From contig CBDBMQ010000007.1 in the NCBI GenBank assembly GCA_965207565.1, positions 28,804 to 92,803 of the forward strand: DNA of 64,000 nucleotides. The letters are read 5' to 3'. Of this stretch, positions 53,687-62,909 are shown one piece after another. The stretch comes from Rhodothermales bacterium. GTDB lineage: Bacteria; Bacteroidota; Rhodothermia; Rhodothermales; Bin80. How positions within the stretch are numbered: the stretch's first letter is position 1; every line of letters begins with the position of its first letter. The notes beneath the pieces are model-generated. The model made no database searches, was not told the origin of the DNA, and saw only the letters and a program-made list of their open reading frames with translations. A program made the position numbers and the translations under genes.

Positions 53687-56030
53687 ATGAAAATCAGATA
53701 CCATTTCAAGGCGTTAACCATCGGCACGTTTTTGCTGATGCTTACGCCAACCGTTGCCATGTCGCAGTTCACCGCTCAGTGGCTGGACATTGGCACATTT
53801 CACAGTACGTACACCGAGTCGGGAGCGCAGCACGAAGGCAACTCCTCTGCTTCGGATGGCATGGAGTGGCCTGCCATCCTGCGGAACAGCAGTCACTATC
53901 GTGCCAGAGCACTTTGGGCTTGGCACAAAGAACTGGACCGCCTGCAGACGGGCAAAACTTTCCGTATTTCGTGGCCCGTATTGGCCCGCGTACTGCCGGT
54001 GCGGACGTGACGTATCCAGGTACAGAACCGTTTGATCCAGCAGGACGGAAGACACGGTTATAGAAGTCGATGGAGCACTGTCCTTTGACAACGTGGCGAT
54101 CGTCGACGAGATTAACCCATCCCTTCCAGCTGACCGGATGGTTCACAACATCCACAATACCTATATCGGTGTTACGGTGGATCGAAAAGCGTACGCCTAC
54201 GTGAATCAGGTGCACGATGATTCGAATGTGATAGAGTACACCTACACCAATACTGGCAATACCGACGAAGATGAAGATATTGAGTTGCCGGATCAGAGCC
54301 TGAGTGAAACCTACTTCTTCCGCATCCACCGGCTCAGAGGGAATTTGCAGGGAGCCTGGGCGGTCAGTGGTGGTCAGGTCTGGGGGAAGTTCAGCATGAT
54401 TGATGTTGTAGGAGACGGGCATGCAGATTATCCCCTCTCGTTTACATCCCAGTATCTCTGGATTGGAATTGACCCTGAAACCCAGGACTATGATCGTTTT
54501 GGTGGATCGCTGTTCAACCAACGAAATGATTGGCCTCAGGGAGATACGATCGGGCGTTTGGCAGCAGCTAGCTATATAGGTCGTGCTACGATCCATGCCG
54601 ATAATTCTCCGACGGACCCCACGTACATCCGCTGTACAACCGCCACGATTGATACCTGTCAGCCATCCACCATGGGATTCATGGACCAGGATGAGGCACT
54701 GACAGCGGACGGTAGTCCGCAGGAAGATTATTACGAGTGGGGCATCCGGACACGGGAAAATCCCGACCGGATTGAGGGTGGCTCTGCCCATATGTTTCCT
54801 CATTATGCGGATCGGATTGAGCCCGACGGGATTTTCTGGGAGCCCGAGAATGACTCCTCTACCGGGAAACAGGGTGGACACGCAATCACCACGGCCTACG
54901 GCCCCTATGATTTTGCGCCGGGAGAGAGTGTCAGGATTGTTGTGGTCGAAGGGGTTGGCGGGTTGTCCATTGATGCAGCGGTGCGGATTGGGAGAGCCTT
55001 CAAACTCGGCGGACAGGATCGGAATACACAGTTGATCCGATACGATGCGAATGGGGATGGAATGATTCAAACAGGCACTTTCGACTTTAGCATCAATCAA
55101 ATGGATGTGGATGGTGACGGCATGTTTGACACGTTTGGTCATGGTCTGGAGGAAATGACCAAGAATCAATGGGTTGTGACTGCGAGAGATTCATTACTGA
55201 CTGTTCAGCAGCGAGCGATCAACCTCTATGCGGCCAGTAACAATATGACAACCTATCCGATTCCAGAGGCGCCTCATTCTCCTACGAGCTTCACGGTCGT
55301 AGGTCGGCCAGACAAGGTTGAAATCGATTGGACTAACCCGGCCGGTGGTCCCAACCGTACGTCATGGAAACTGTACCGAACCTCTCGGTTTGAGGATTAC
55401 ATTTACCAGAACTGCATGAATCTTGATACCAGGCAGTTTACCGATGGCTCAAATGCGAAAGATCCGGCAGATCCTTCTGCAACACAGCAGGCGCATTGCG
55501 ACTATGATCTTATTGCGGATCTTGGTCCAGGGGCAACGTCGTACGAAGATACCGACCTGAACCGGGGAACAGATTATTACTACTACCTGCAAGCGATTGG
55601 TGAGCCGCAGTCCGTTGACCCCGATGGAATTAACGGAACCCCGACTGGCGCTCCGCTTCGCAGTTCTCGCTATCTCACACAGACGTACCTACCAGTGAAC
55701 CTCAAGCGTCCTCCTTACGGAGCAACAGGGACGGTGGCAGATGCGCGTATTGTGCCGAACCCGGTGAACCTTGGTTCAGATCCGACCATACGGTTTGATC
55801 AGGAAGATCGGGTGGCGTTCTTCAACATTCCCGGGAATTGCACGATCAAGGTCTATACCGAAATCGGTGAACTAGTCCATACGATTGAGCACAACGATGG
55901 AAGTGGTGATGAACTTTGGAACCTGACGACTACGTCTCGACAGCTACTGGTCAGTGGCATTTATATCGCGGTCATTACGGACAACGATACGGGAGATGAG
56001 GCAATTCAGAAATTCACGGTAATCCGGTAG
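53687..56030 (+). CDS. Secreted protein with FN3-like domain and T9SS/FlgD-like C-terminal domain (4 apparent 1-bp insertions at 53915-54040)
   Basis: Signal peptide; rejoined frame ..ALWLGTKNWTAADGQNFPY..YPVQNRLISRTEDTVIEVDG..; SYEDTDLNRGTDYYYY; C-terminal IVPNP..FFNIPGNCTIKVYT.IGELV..WNL..VSGIY..KFTVIR. Confidence 0.85.
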
Positions 56031-56038
56031 ATGTGGTT

Positions 56039-56070
56039 TGCGCCGCGCTTTGATGGTAAAGCGCGGCGCA
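56039..56070 (+). other. Intergenic stem-loop between the cargo and PorV-like genes
   Basis: TGCGCCGCGCTTT-gatggt-AAAGCGCGGCGCA, a 13-bp perfect stem with no U-tract. Confidence 0.8.
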
Positions 56071-56098
56071 GCCCATCACCCAAAGAAAACACAATGAA

Positions 56099-57166
56099 AT
56101 GAAAAAATATACTCTCCTTTCAACATTGACCATCTTGGCACTTGTGTTCGCTGGTGTGTCAATGTCTTATGGCCAGGCAGGCCTAACGCCGGATACGGAG
56201 GTGGAAACAGATAAGCGTGCCCAGGCTGGCATGAAGTTTCTCAGCACATCCGTGGATGCGCGGGCTTCTGCGATTGGTTCTGCCATGACGGCGGAACTGT
56301 CCGGTTCTTCGGTGTCCATGTTCTATAATCCTGCGAGTATGGGCTTTATGCCCGGACGCATGTCCGCAGCAGCGACGAATATGTCGTTCATTGCAGATAT
56401 TGGATACACGCAGGCCAGCGTTGCTTTCCGTCCAGGTTCAGCTGGCAATTATGGTGTCGTCGGCGTCTCGCTCGTGTCCGTTGACTACGGTGCCTTCCAT
56501 CACACGATTCGTGCGAACAACGATGATGGATTTATCGAAAACGGCACGTACAGCCCGACGTCGATGGCAGTCGGGCTCGGATATGCCCGCTCCTTCGGTG
56601 ACCGCTTCTCGGCCGGTGCGAATATCAAGCTTGTCTTCCAGGATATTGGCTCCGGGTTTTCAACCTCACAGGATTTTGATACGGGAGTCATTGCTACGAC
56701 AGAAGATTACAATACCCGGACGATCGCATACGACTTTGGTATTGTGTACGCAACCGGGTTTGAGAGCTTGGTGATCGGCATGAGTGCCCGCAACTTCGGG
56801 CAAGAGCAGATCTATGTACGCGAACGGTTTGAGTTACCCTTAACCTTCCAGATTGGAATGTCCATGAACCTGGTGGATCTTACTGCGATTGATCCGGATA
56901 TGCACAGCATTCAACTGCATGTGGATGCGCAGCGTCCACGTGACTTTGCGGAGCATGTTCGCTTTGGTCTAGAATACACCTTCATGGATATGGTATCGTT
57001 ACGTGGAGGATTTGAGCAGTTGGGTGTCAGTGAAGAGCAAGGGTTCAGCGCCGGTGCAGGACTTCGGTATGCATTTGGAGGATTCAACGTTGGAGCGGAT
57101 TATGCCTACACCGACTTCGGTCTGTTTGGTGCAGTCAATCGGATTGGACTTCAGATTGGTCTATAG
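56099..57166 (+). CDS. PorV/PorQ-like (UPF0164) outer-membrane beta-barrel
   Basis: KFLSTSVDARASAIG, MFYNPAS, LPLTFQIG, GLEY..VSLRGG and DYAYTDFG. Confidence 0.88.
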   Translation: MKKYTLLSTLTILALVFAGVSMSYGQAGLTPDTEVETDKRAQAGMKFLSTSVDARASAIGSAMTAELSGSSVSMFYNPASMGFMPGRMSAAATNMSFIADIGYTQASVAFRPGSAGNYGVVGVSLVSVDYGAFHHTIRANNDDGFIENGTYSPTSMAVGLGYARSFGDRFSAGANIKLVFQDIGSGFSTSQDFDTGVIATTEDYNTRTIAYDFGIVYATGFESLVIGMSARNFGQEQIYVRERFELPLTFQIGMSMNLVDLTAIDPDMHSIQLHVDAQRPRDFAEHVRFGLEYTFMDMVSLRGGFEQLGVSEEQGFSAGAGLRYAFGGFNVGADYAYTDFGLFGAVNRIGLQIGL

Positions 57167-57247
57167 AGCTTCGGCGTGACCAATCTTGGGTATTTTGAGT
57201 GGAAGGTCGTCAATCAACGAAACTCAATTTATGCTACGCTGAGTAGC

Positions 57248-58560
57248 ATGAGGACGGGGATCTTGTTTGTCACCTTGTTTTCTGTCGTATTTGGAGGCTG
57301 CGACAGCGGGGTTGACATGGAGGATCTTGCTATTTCAGACTCCGGCGCAATTAAGGCTGCTCAGCGGTTTTACGAGAATTTTCATGAACGGGACACCCAG
57401 TCACCTGGCGACAGTATCAGGGGCTTTGTGTTGGCTGATTTGTGTTGGCTGAAATGATCCGCCAATACCCGGCCGATTGGGCACAGGTCGTTGCATGGCC
57501 CGATGGTCGGGGAGGTATGTATGTATCAACCCTGATTGGTGCCGACAAGCCTGCGATCAGTTTTTCGCACGACGATATATCCGTTGTACGTACGCTGATG
57601 GTTGACATTAACTCAGAGGGCATGGCGACCGCGTCACGACTACTGGAGTTCATTAGTTCTGATCCACTTGATCAGTCCCAATTTCAGTACTATACGAAGC
57701 AATGGCTTGTAGGCGATTATGATACGACTGCAATGATGACCTCGGAATATAGTCTTGGTTTCGAGTCTGAGAAGGCACAATTCTTTTTGCCATCTGACAG
57801 CGCGCTGTTTCCGGTTGATATATCCCTGAAAGAAATTACTAGGCAGGGCAAGACGGAAGATGAGACGTATTGGTGTTACGTAAGCGATTATACGAGAGGG
57901 GGGGATGTGTGTTTTGAGTATCAGGGAGAATCCGGTTGCGGGCATACTCCTGGCGAAATAGAGATTACCTGCATCTGTACTTCTGGTTGCGGCGAAGAAC
58001 AAGATGGCGGTGGTGGCGGAGGAGGTACAGGAGGAAGAGGTATAGGAGACCCGCCTACCGGTAGGGGTGGAGGTGGGGAGAATGGAGATAATGAAGAGGA
58101 AGATAAATGCAACTGCGTCAGCCAGAAGGTTTGTGATCTTATCACAGAATACGAGGACGTGGGAGTTAACTTTACACCTAGTTGTTCTGACTTCCGAGGC
58201 GGGGGATCAACCGCAAATTTTTCATGGAACGAATTTATGGGAGGTTGGAGTAATGGTAATGAAGGCGGGAAACATAGCCCCTACGGTATCATGGATCAGG
58301 GCGTCATGAATCGTGTTCAGGAAATCCGCATTTTGTACGGGGGCCCAATCACATTGACTTCAGGCTACCGATGTCCAAAGGGGAATCAAGCTGTGGGTGG
58401 AGTGCCACAAAGTCGGCATATGCGAGGGACTGCAGTTGATATTCATACCGGATGCGATAAAGCTTATCACGATGACTTGGCAAGATATGCGGACGGTATG
58501 GGATTTTCCCCAACCGAATGGGGGACTTATCCAGATTGCCATCTACATATCCAGAGGTAA
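57248..58560 (+). CDS. Lipoprotein with Cys/Gly-rich linker and C-terminal peptidase M15 (zinc D-Ala-D-Ala peptidase-like) domain; frame broken by a 14-bp duplication
   Basis: Lipobox FGG-C; TSGYRC..N..VGG..SRHMRGTAVDI..HLH motif; removing one repeat copy fuses the two ORFs. Confidence 0.85.
57425..57452 (+). repeat. Perfect 14-bp tandem duplication TTTGTGTTGGCTGA x2
   Basis: Directly visible; accounts exactly for the frame change between ORFs 57176 and 57442. Confidence 0.95.
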
Positions 58561-58578
58561 TAGACCTATACACACGCT

Positions 58579-59385
58579 ATGTCTGCAAAATTCATCTTGC
58601 CACTTTTTCTCAGCCTGTTTTCAGTATGCACAGTACATGCACAAAAGCCCATGGGCGCCACGCCAGACGGAGTCATCCGGCAGCTCACCAGCTCAGATTA
58701 CAGAACGGTGCTTGATGGTCTGGCCGATTACATGAGTCTCCCGAAGAATCAGCGCACTCCAGCCGTGAAAGCTGCACTTGTGCAGGCACTCAAAAATGAA
58801 AACGAGCGTATTCGATCAATTATACTGACAAGAGGAGATGCAATGCCTGTATACGAAGATCATGGATCTGCTGAAGGGGCATTGCTTCTGGTAGGGGAGG
58901 TGTATGAACTGCAAGATCCTACTACAATCCCGGCACTTTTACCTTGGCGCGGATGGTCTGATGAAATGATTGATTTTGGACGACAGGCATTTGAACCTGT
59001 TTTGGGGTTTATCGAAGAATCGCCGCCAGGTACTACACGACACGCAATCGCCGGTCGCCTTTATACTCTCCGTATGATGGTTGATTACTGGGGTTTGGAC
59101 ACGTTCAGTGCATCCGAGCACCAACGTATGAAACAGGTTGCCGCAAAATATATCGTGAACTCTGAGTTCTCCACAATGAGTGATGCTATCTCGCTAGCCG
59201 CGTCTCTTCAGGAAAGAGCACTGCTTCAAATGGCAAACGTCTTAGTAAATGATGATGCGGAGATGGCAAAACGGGAGGTCGGTAACAGAGATAGGTTACA
59301 AGAAATTGCATCACAAGCGTTGGCAGGTACGCTAGAGGAGCGGCAGTATGTGCCATATGAGGAGCGGCGAAAGAGAGGATACTGA
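58579..59385 (+). CDS. Exported alpha-helical hypothetical protein, candidate immunity protein
   Basis: Signal peptide ending VHA-Q, helical HEAT-like pattern, 18 bp after the peptidase gene. Confidence 0.65.
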   Translation: MSAKFILPLFLSLFSVCTVHAQKPMGATPDGVIRQLTSSDYRTVLDGLADYMSLPKNQRTPAVKAALVQALKNENERIRSIILTRGDAMPVYEDHGSAEGALLLVGEVYELQDPTTIPALLPWRGWSDEMIDFGRQAFEPVLGFIEESPPGTTRHAIAGRLYTLRMMVDYWGLDTFSASEHQRMKQVAAKYIVNSEFSTMSDAISLAASLQERALLQMANVLVNDDAEMAKREVGNRDRLQEIASQALAGTLEERQYVPYEERRKRGY

Positions 59386-59466
59386 GTTTACATTTCTCCC
59401 AGGCTTTCACTCAATTATTCAAATTGTGAAACCTACATCTTCAGTGAGGCTTTACAGTTCGTCGCA

Positions 59467-61242
59467 TTGACCTTTCCAATAAAAAAGGTGAAGAGCCTCT
59501 TTATCAGCCTAAGGTATTGGGTTGATTTGGCTGTGGTTTGCAGGATAGGAGTCCTCGTTGTAGTCTCGTTTGGGATATTTGGCTGCCAGATATCGGAGGA
59601 TCCGGTGCCCGAACAGGGATTCATCCAATTCACCGAGGTGACCGATGAGGTGGGCCTCGGCACGTTTCGGCATGATAATGGGGAGGATGGCAAAAAGTAT
59701 TATGCGGAGCAGATGGGCTCGGGAGCAGGCTTTATTGACTATGATGGAGATGGTTGGCTGGATATACTTCTTGCGGGGGGTGGCTACTGGGATCGGGCTC
59801 CACATCCGTGGTACAAGCCCCTATGGATGTACCGTAATATGGGGGATGGCACATTCATGGAGGTGACCGACCACGTGGGATTGAAAGATCTTGATGCGTT
59901 TACCCTTGGAGTGGCGACAGCGGATTATGACAATGATGGGGATCAGGATATTCTGATCACCAATCTGAATGAAAATATGCTCCTGGAAAATAAAGGGGGA
60001 GTATTTGAGCGCAGGGGAGTCGACGTAGGACTCAGTTCAGAGGACGAATGGAGCAGTTCTGCCCTGTGGATTGATGGGAATCGGGATGGATGGCTGGATG
60101 TGTATGTGGGGAATTATGCGGACTGGACCCCGGAAACCGATAAATTTTGTCCAGAAGGAGGAGTTGAGAAGCTCTATTGTATTCCTGCGGACTATGAGGG
60201 ACAGGCCAGTCGTTATTATGAAGCCCGGGGGGATGGCTCATTCGTGGACCGGACCCAGGAAGTCGACGTGTATCATTCACTTGGAAAAGCACTTGGAATG
60301 GCAGAATGGGATTTTAATCAGGATGGCTGGCCGGATTTCGTGGTCGCGAATGATGGAGAGGGAGATCTGCTGTTTCTAAATAATAGAGATGGTACGTTTT
60401 CTGAGCGCGGTGTCCAGAGTGGCATTGCATTCAGCGAGCATGGGGAAGCCCGTGCCGGAATGGGCATTGATATTGGTGTGGTGGATCAGACTGGCCACCC
60501 CTCGGTTTTTGTGGGTAACTTTTCCACAGAAATGATTGGTGTCTACCGGTATCTGGGCAATGGTCTATTTGCAGATCGTGCTGCAAGATCCCAGATTGGT
60601 CAACCCAGCCTCAACACACTCACCTTCGGGCTCATGCTCGTGGATGTAGATCTGGATACAGATTTGGATCTGTTTGTTGCCAATGGACACGTTTACCCCG
60701 ACCGGCTGATTGGACAGGATAAAATCACCTATGAGCAGCGAGCACAGCTGTTTGAGAATGATGGAGCGGGCTTGTTTGAGGAAGTTCCCGCTTCAACGAC
60801 TCCCCCGCTTGTACTGGAGATGGTTGCCCGTGGCGCAGCCTATGGGGATTATGACCGGGATGGGGACTTGGATTTTCTCATTGTGGAGAACCATGGTCCA
60901 GCACATCTGTGGCGCAGCGATGTGAGGGGTCGAAATTGGCTACGGGTGAGTGTCACGGGTACCAATGGAAACCGTGACGCCTTCGGGACACATATCCGGG
61001 TACATGCTGGCGATCAGGTTCAAGAGCGCCGGATTCGATCAGGGGGCAGTTACCTGTCTCAGAATGAAATCGTTGCCGCATTTGGAATGCTGGACATTGA
61101 AGTTGTAGACAGTATGCTGGTCAGTTGGCCTGATGGGCAGACGCAGGTCCTGTATGATCTTCCCGTGAATATTGAGGCCCATATTACTCAGGGACAGGAG
61201 GGCTGGAGCACTCGCCCAATGCCTGGCAAGCCAACTAATTGA
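59467..61242 (+). CDS. CRTAC1-family (FG-GAP repeats + ASPIC/UnbV) lipoprotein 1
   Basis: Repeated DYDxDGxxD motifs, GGSYLSQ and lipobox IFG-C; the real start is probably further downstream. Confidence 0.93.
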   Translation: MTFPIKKVKSLFISLRYWVDLAVVCRIGVLVVVSFGIFGCQISEDPVPEQGFIQFTEVTDEVGLGTFRHDNGEDGKKYYAEQMGSGAGFIDYDGDGWLDILLAGGGYWDRAPHPWYKPLWMYRNMGDGTFMEVTDHVGLKDLDAFTLGVATADYDNDGDQDILITNLNENMLLENKGGVFERRGVDVGLSSEDEWSSSALWIDGNRDGWLDVYVGNYADWTPETDKFCPEGGVEKLYCIPADYEGQASRYYEARGDGSFVDRTQEVDVYHSLGKALGMAEWDFNQDGWPDFVVANDGEGDLLFLNNRDGTFSERGVQSGIAFSEHGEARAGMGIDIGVVDQTGHPSVFVGNFSTEMIGVYRYLGNGLFADRAARSQIGQPSLNTLTFGLMLVDVDLDTDLDLFVANGHVYPDRLIGQDKITYEQRAQLFENDGAGLFEEVPASTTPPLVLEMVARGAAYGDYDRDGDLDFLIVENHGPAHLWRSDVRGRNWLRVSVTGTNGNRDAFGTHIRVHAGDQVQERRIRSGGSYLSQNEIVAAFGMLDIEVVDSMLVSWPDGQTQVLYDLPVNIEAHITQGQEGWSTRPMPGKPTN

Positions 61243-62909
61243 TGCGGAGTGTGATTATAGCATGTGTGGGGATCACCCTGATTGCGGGATGTGCCGGGGA
61301 CGCCCCCCAGGATCCAGACGCAGTGAACACGCTGTTTGCGGATGTGACCGAGGAGATTGGATTCGGAGGGGTTGTGCATAATCACGGCGGGTTCGGGAAT
61401 TCCTGGGCACCGGAAATTGTCGGTGCAGGAGGGGCATTCTTTGACTACGACCAGGATGGCTGGCAGGATATTATTGTGGCGACAGGGGGGGCATTTGAAG
61501 GAGAGCCTCCACTTGGAGCACATCCGGCTCTGCGACTGTTTCGCAATCTTGGTAATGGACAATTCGATGAGGTGACCCAACCAGCCGGCCTAGCCTTGCT
61601 TCGCGCTTACAGCCTGGGAATGACCATCGGGGATTATGACAACGACGGGGATCAGGATATTTATGTGACCACACTGGAAGAAGATCTGCTACTGCGTAAC
61701 ACGGATGGCGTTTTTGAGGAAATTGGACAGGCGGCGAAGGTAGGCTTGGTCAGTGAGTGGAGTACGAGTGCAATGTTCTTTGATGCAAACCGTGATGGAT
61801 TCCTGGATCTCTATGTTGGAACGTATGTTCACTGGACGCCCGAAGATGATATTTACTGCAGTTTCGGTGACAGTAAGGTATACTGTACGCCTGAGTTGTA
61901 TGATGGGATTGCCAGTCGGTACTACCAGAATAATGGAGATGGCACCTTTACAGATCTTACGGAGCAGGTGGGATTCCTGTCGGGAGTCGATGCGGGTCGG
62001 GACAAAACGTTAGGGGTTGCGGAACTGGATGCAAATCAGGATGGGTGGCCCGATGTGTTCGTTGCAAATGATACAGAGCGGGACATGCTGTTTATGAATC
62101 AAGGCGACGGGACGTTCGTGGAAACGGGCAGACGCAGTGGGGTCGCGTATGATCAGCATGGGAAGCCGAGGGCCGGCATGGGTGTGGATATTGGTGTGGT
62201 GGATGACTCGGGGGAGCCATCTATCTTTGTCGGAAACTTTTCGGATGAGATGGTAGGGGTCTATCAGCATAGAGGCAATGGCATGTTCAATGACCGTGCA
62301 GCTGCATCCAGGATGGGGCAGCCCAGCCTGAAGACACTCACCTTTGGTCTGGTACTCTTTGATGTTGATCTGGACACAGATCTGGACGTATTGATTGCCA
62401 ATGGTCATGTACAGACACACATTGCTCAGATTGTGGACGGAGTCGCCTTTCGGCAGCGTCCGCAATTATTTTTGAATACTGGAGCAGGCACGTTTACAGA
62501 GATGTCGGCAAGCGGGCCACTGGCAGCGTCTTTTGTCGGTCGGGGTCTGGCCACGGGGGACTATGATCGTGATGGTGACCTGGATGTTCTTCTGGTCGAA
62601 AACAATGGCCCCGCACATGTGTGGCGGAATGAGTCCGAGGGAGAGACCTGGCTCCGGGTTGAACTCACAGGTACCAGGAGCAATCGCAATGCGTATGGTG
62701 CACAACTCCACCTGTGGAGTCGTGGACACATGCAGGTGCGGCGTATTCGTACGGGTTCCAGCTATTTGTCCCATTCGGAGTCAGCCGCCTTTTTTGGGCT
62801 TCAGGGGATGCCAGACAGTCTCTATGTCCGTTGGCCAAGTGGACTGGAAACCTGGGTTCATGAATTACCGATCAATACCACGATACACCTTTTAGAAGAT
62901 GAATTGTAA
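61239..62909 (+). CDS. CRTAC1-family lipoprotein 2
   Basis: Same architecture; lipobox IAG-C and GSSYLSH. Confidence 0.93.
   Translation: MMRSVIIACVGITLIAGCAGDAPQDPDAVNTLFADVTEEIGFGGVVHNHGGFGNSWAPEIVGAGGAFFDYDQDGWQDIIVATGGAFEGEPPLGAHPALRLFRNLGNGQFDEVTQPAGLALLRAYSLGMTIGDYDNDGDQDIYVTTLEEDLLLRNTDGVFEEIGQAAKVGLVSEWSTSAMFFDANRDGFLDLYVGTYVHWTPEDDIYCSFGDSKVYCTPELYDGIASRYYQNNGDGTFTDLTEQVGFLSGVDAGRDKTLGVAELDANQDGWPDVFVANDTERDMLFMNQGDGTFVETGRRSGVAYDQHGKPRAGMGVDIGVVDDSGEPSIFVGNFSDEMVGVYQHRGNGMFNDRAAASRMGQPSLKTLTFGLVLFDVDLDTDLDVLIANGHVQTHIAQIVDGVAFRQRPQLFLNTGAGTFTEMSASGPLAASFVGRGLATGDYDRDGDLDVLLVENNGPAHVWRNESEGETWLRVELTGTRSNRNAYGAQLHLWSRGHMQVRRIRTGSSYLSHSESAAFFGLQGMPDSLYVRWPSGLETWVHELPINTTIHLLEDEL

Noticed and set aside
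53769-55169. 466-aa antisense ORF, and similar long antisense ORFs at 37979-38986 and 48365-49306
   Set aside because: Shadows of well-supported genes on the opposite strand, with no recognisable motifs.
50225-56030. Programmed ribosomal frameshifting or true pseudogenes as the explanation for the split receptor and cargo genes
   Set aside because: Ten scattered indels with no slippery-site/structure pattern and no nonsense mutations fit sequencing error better.
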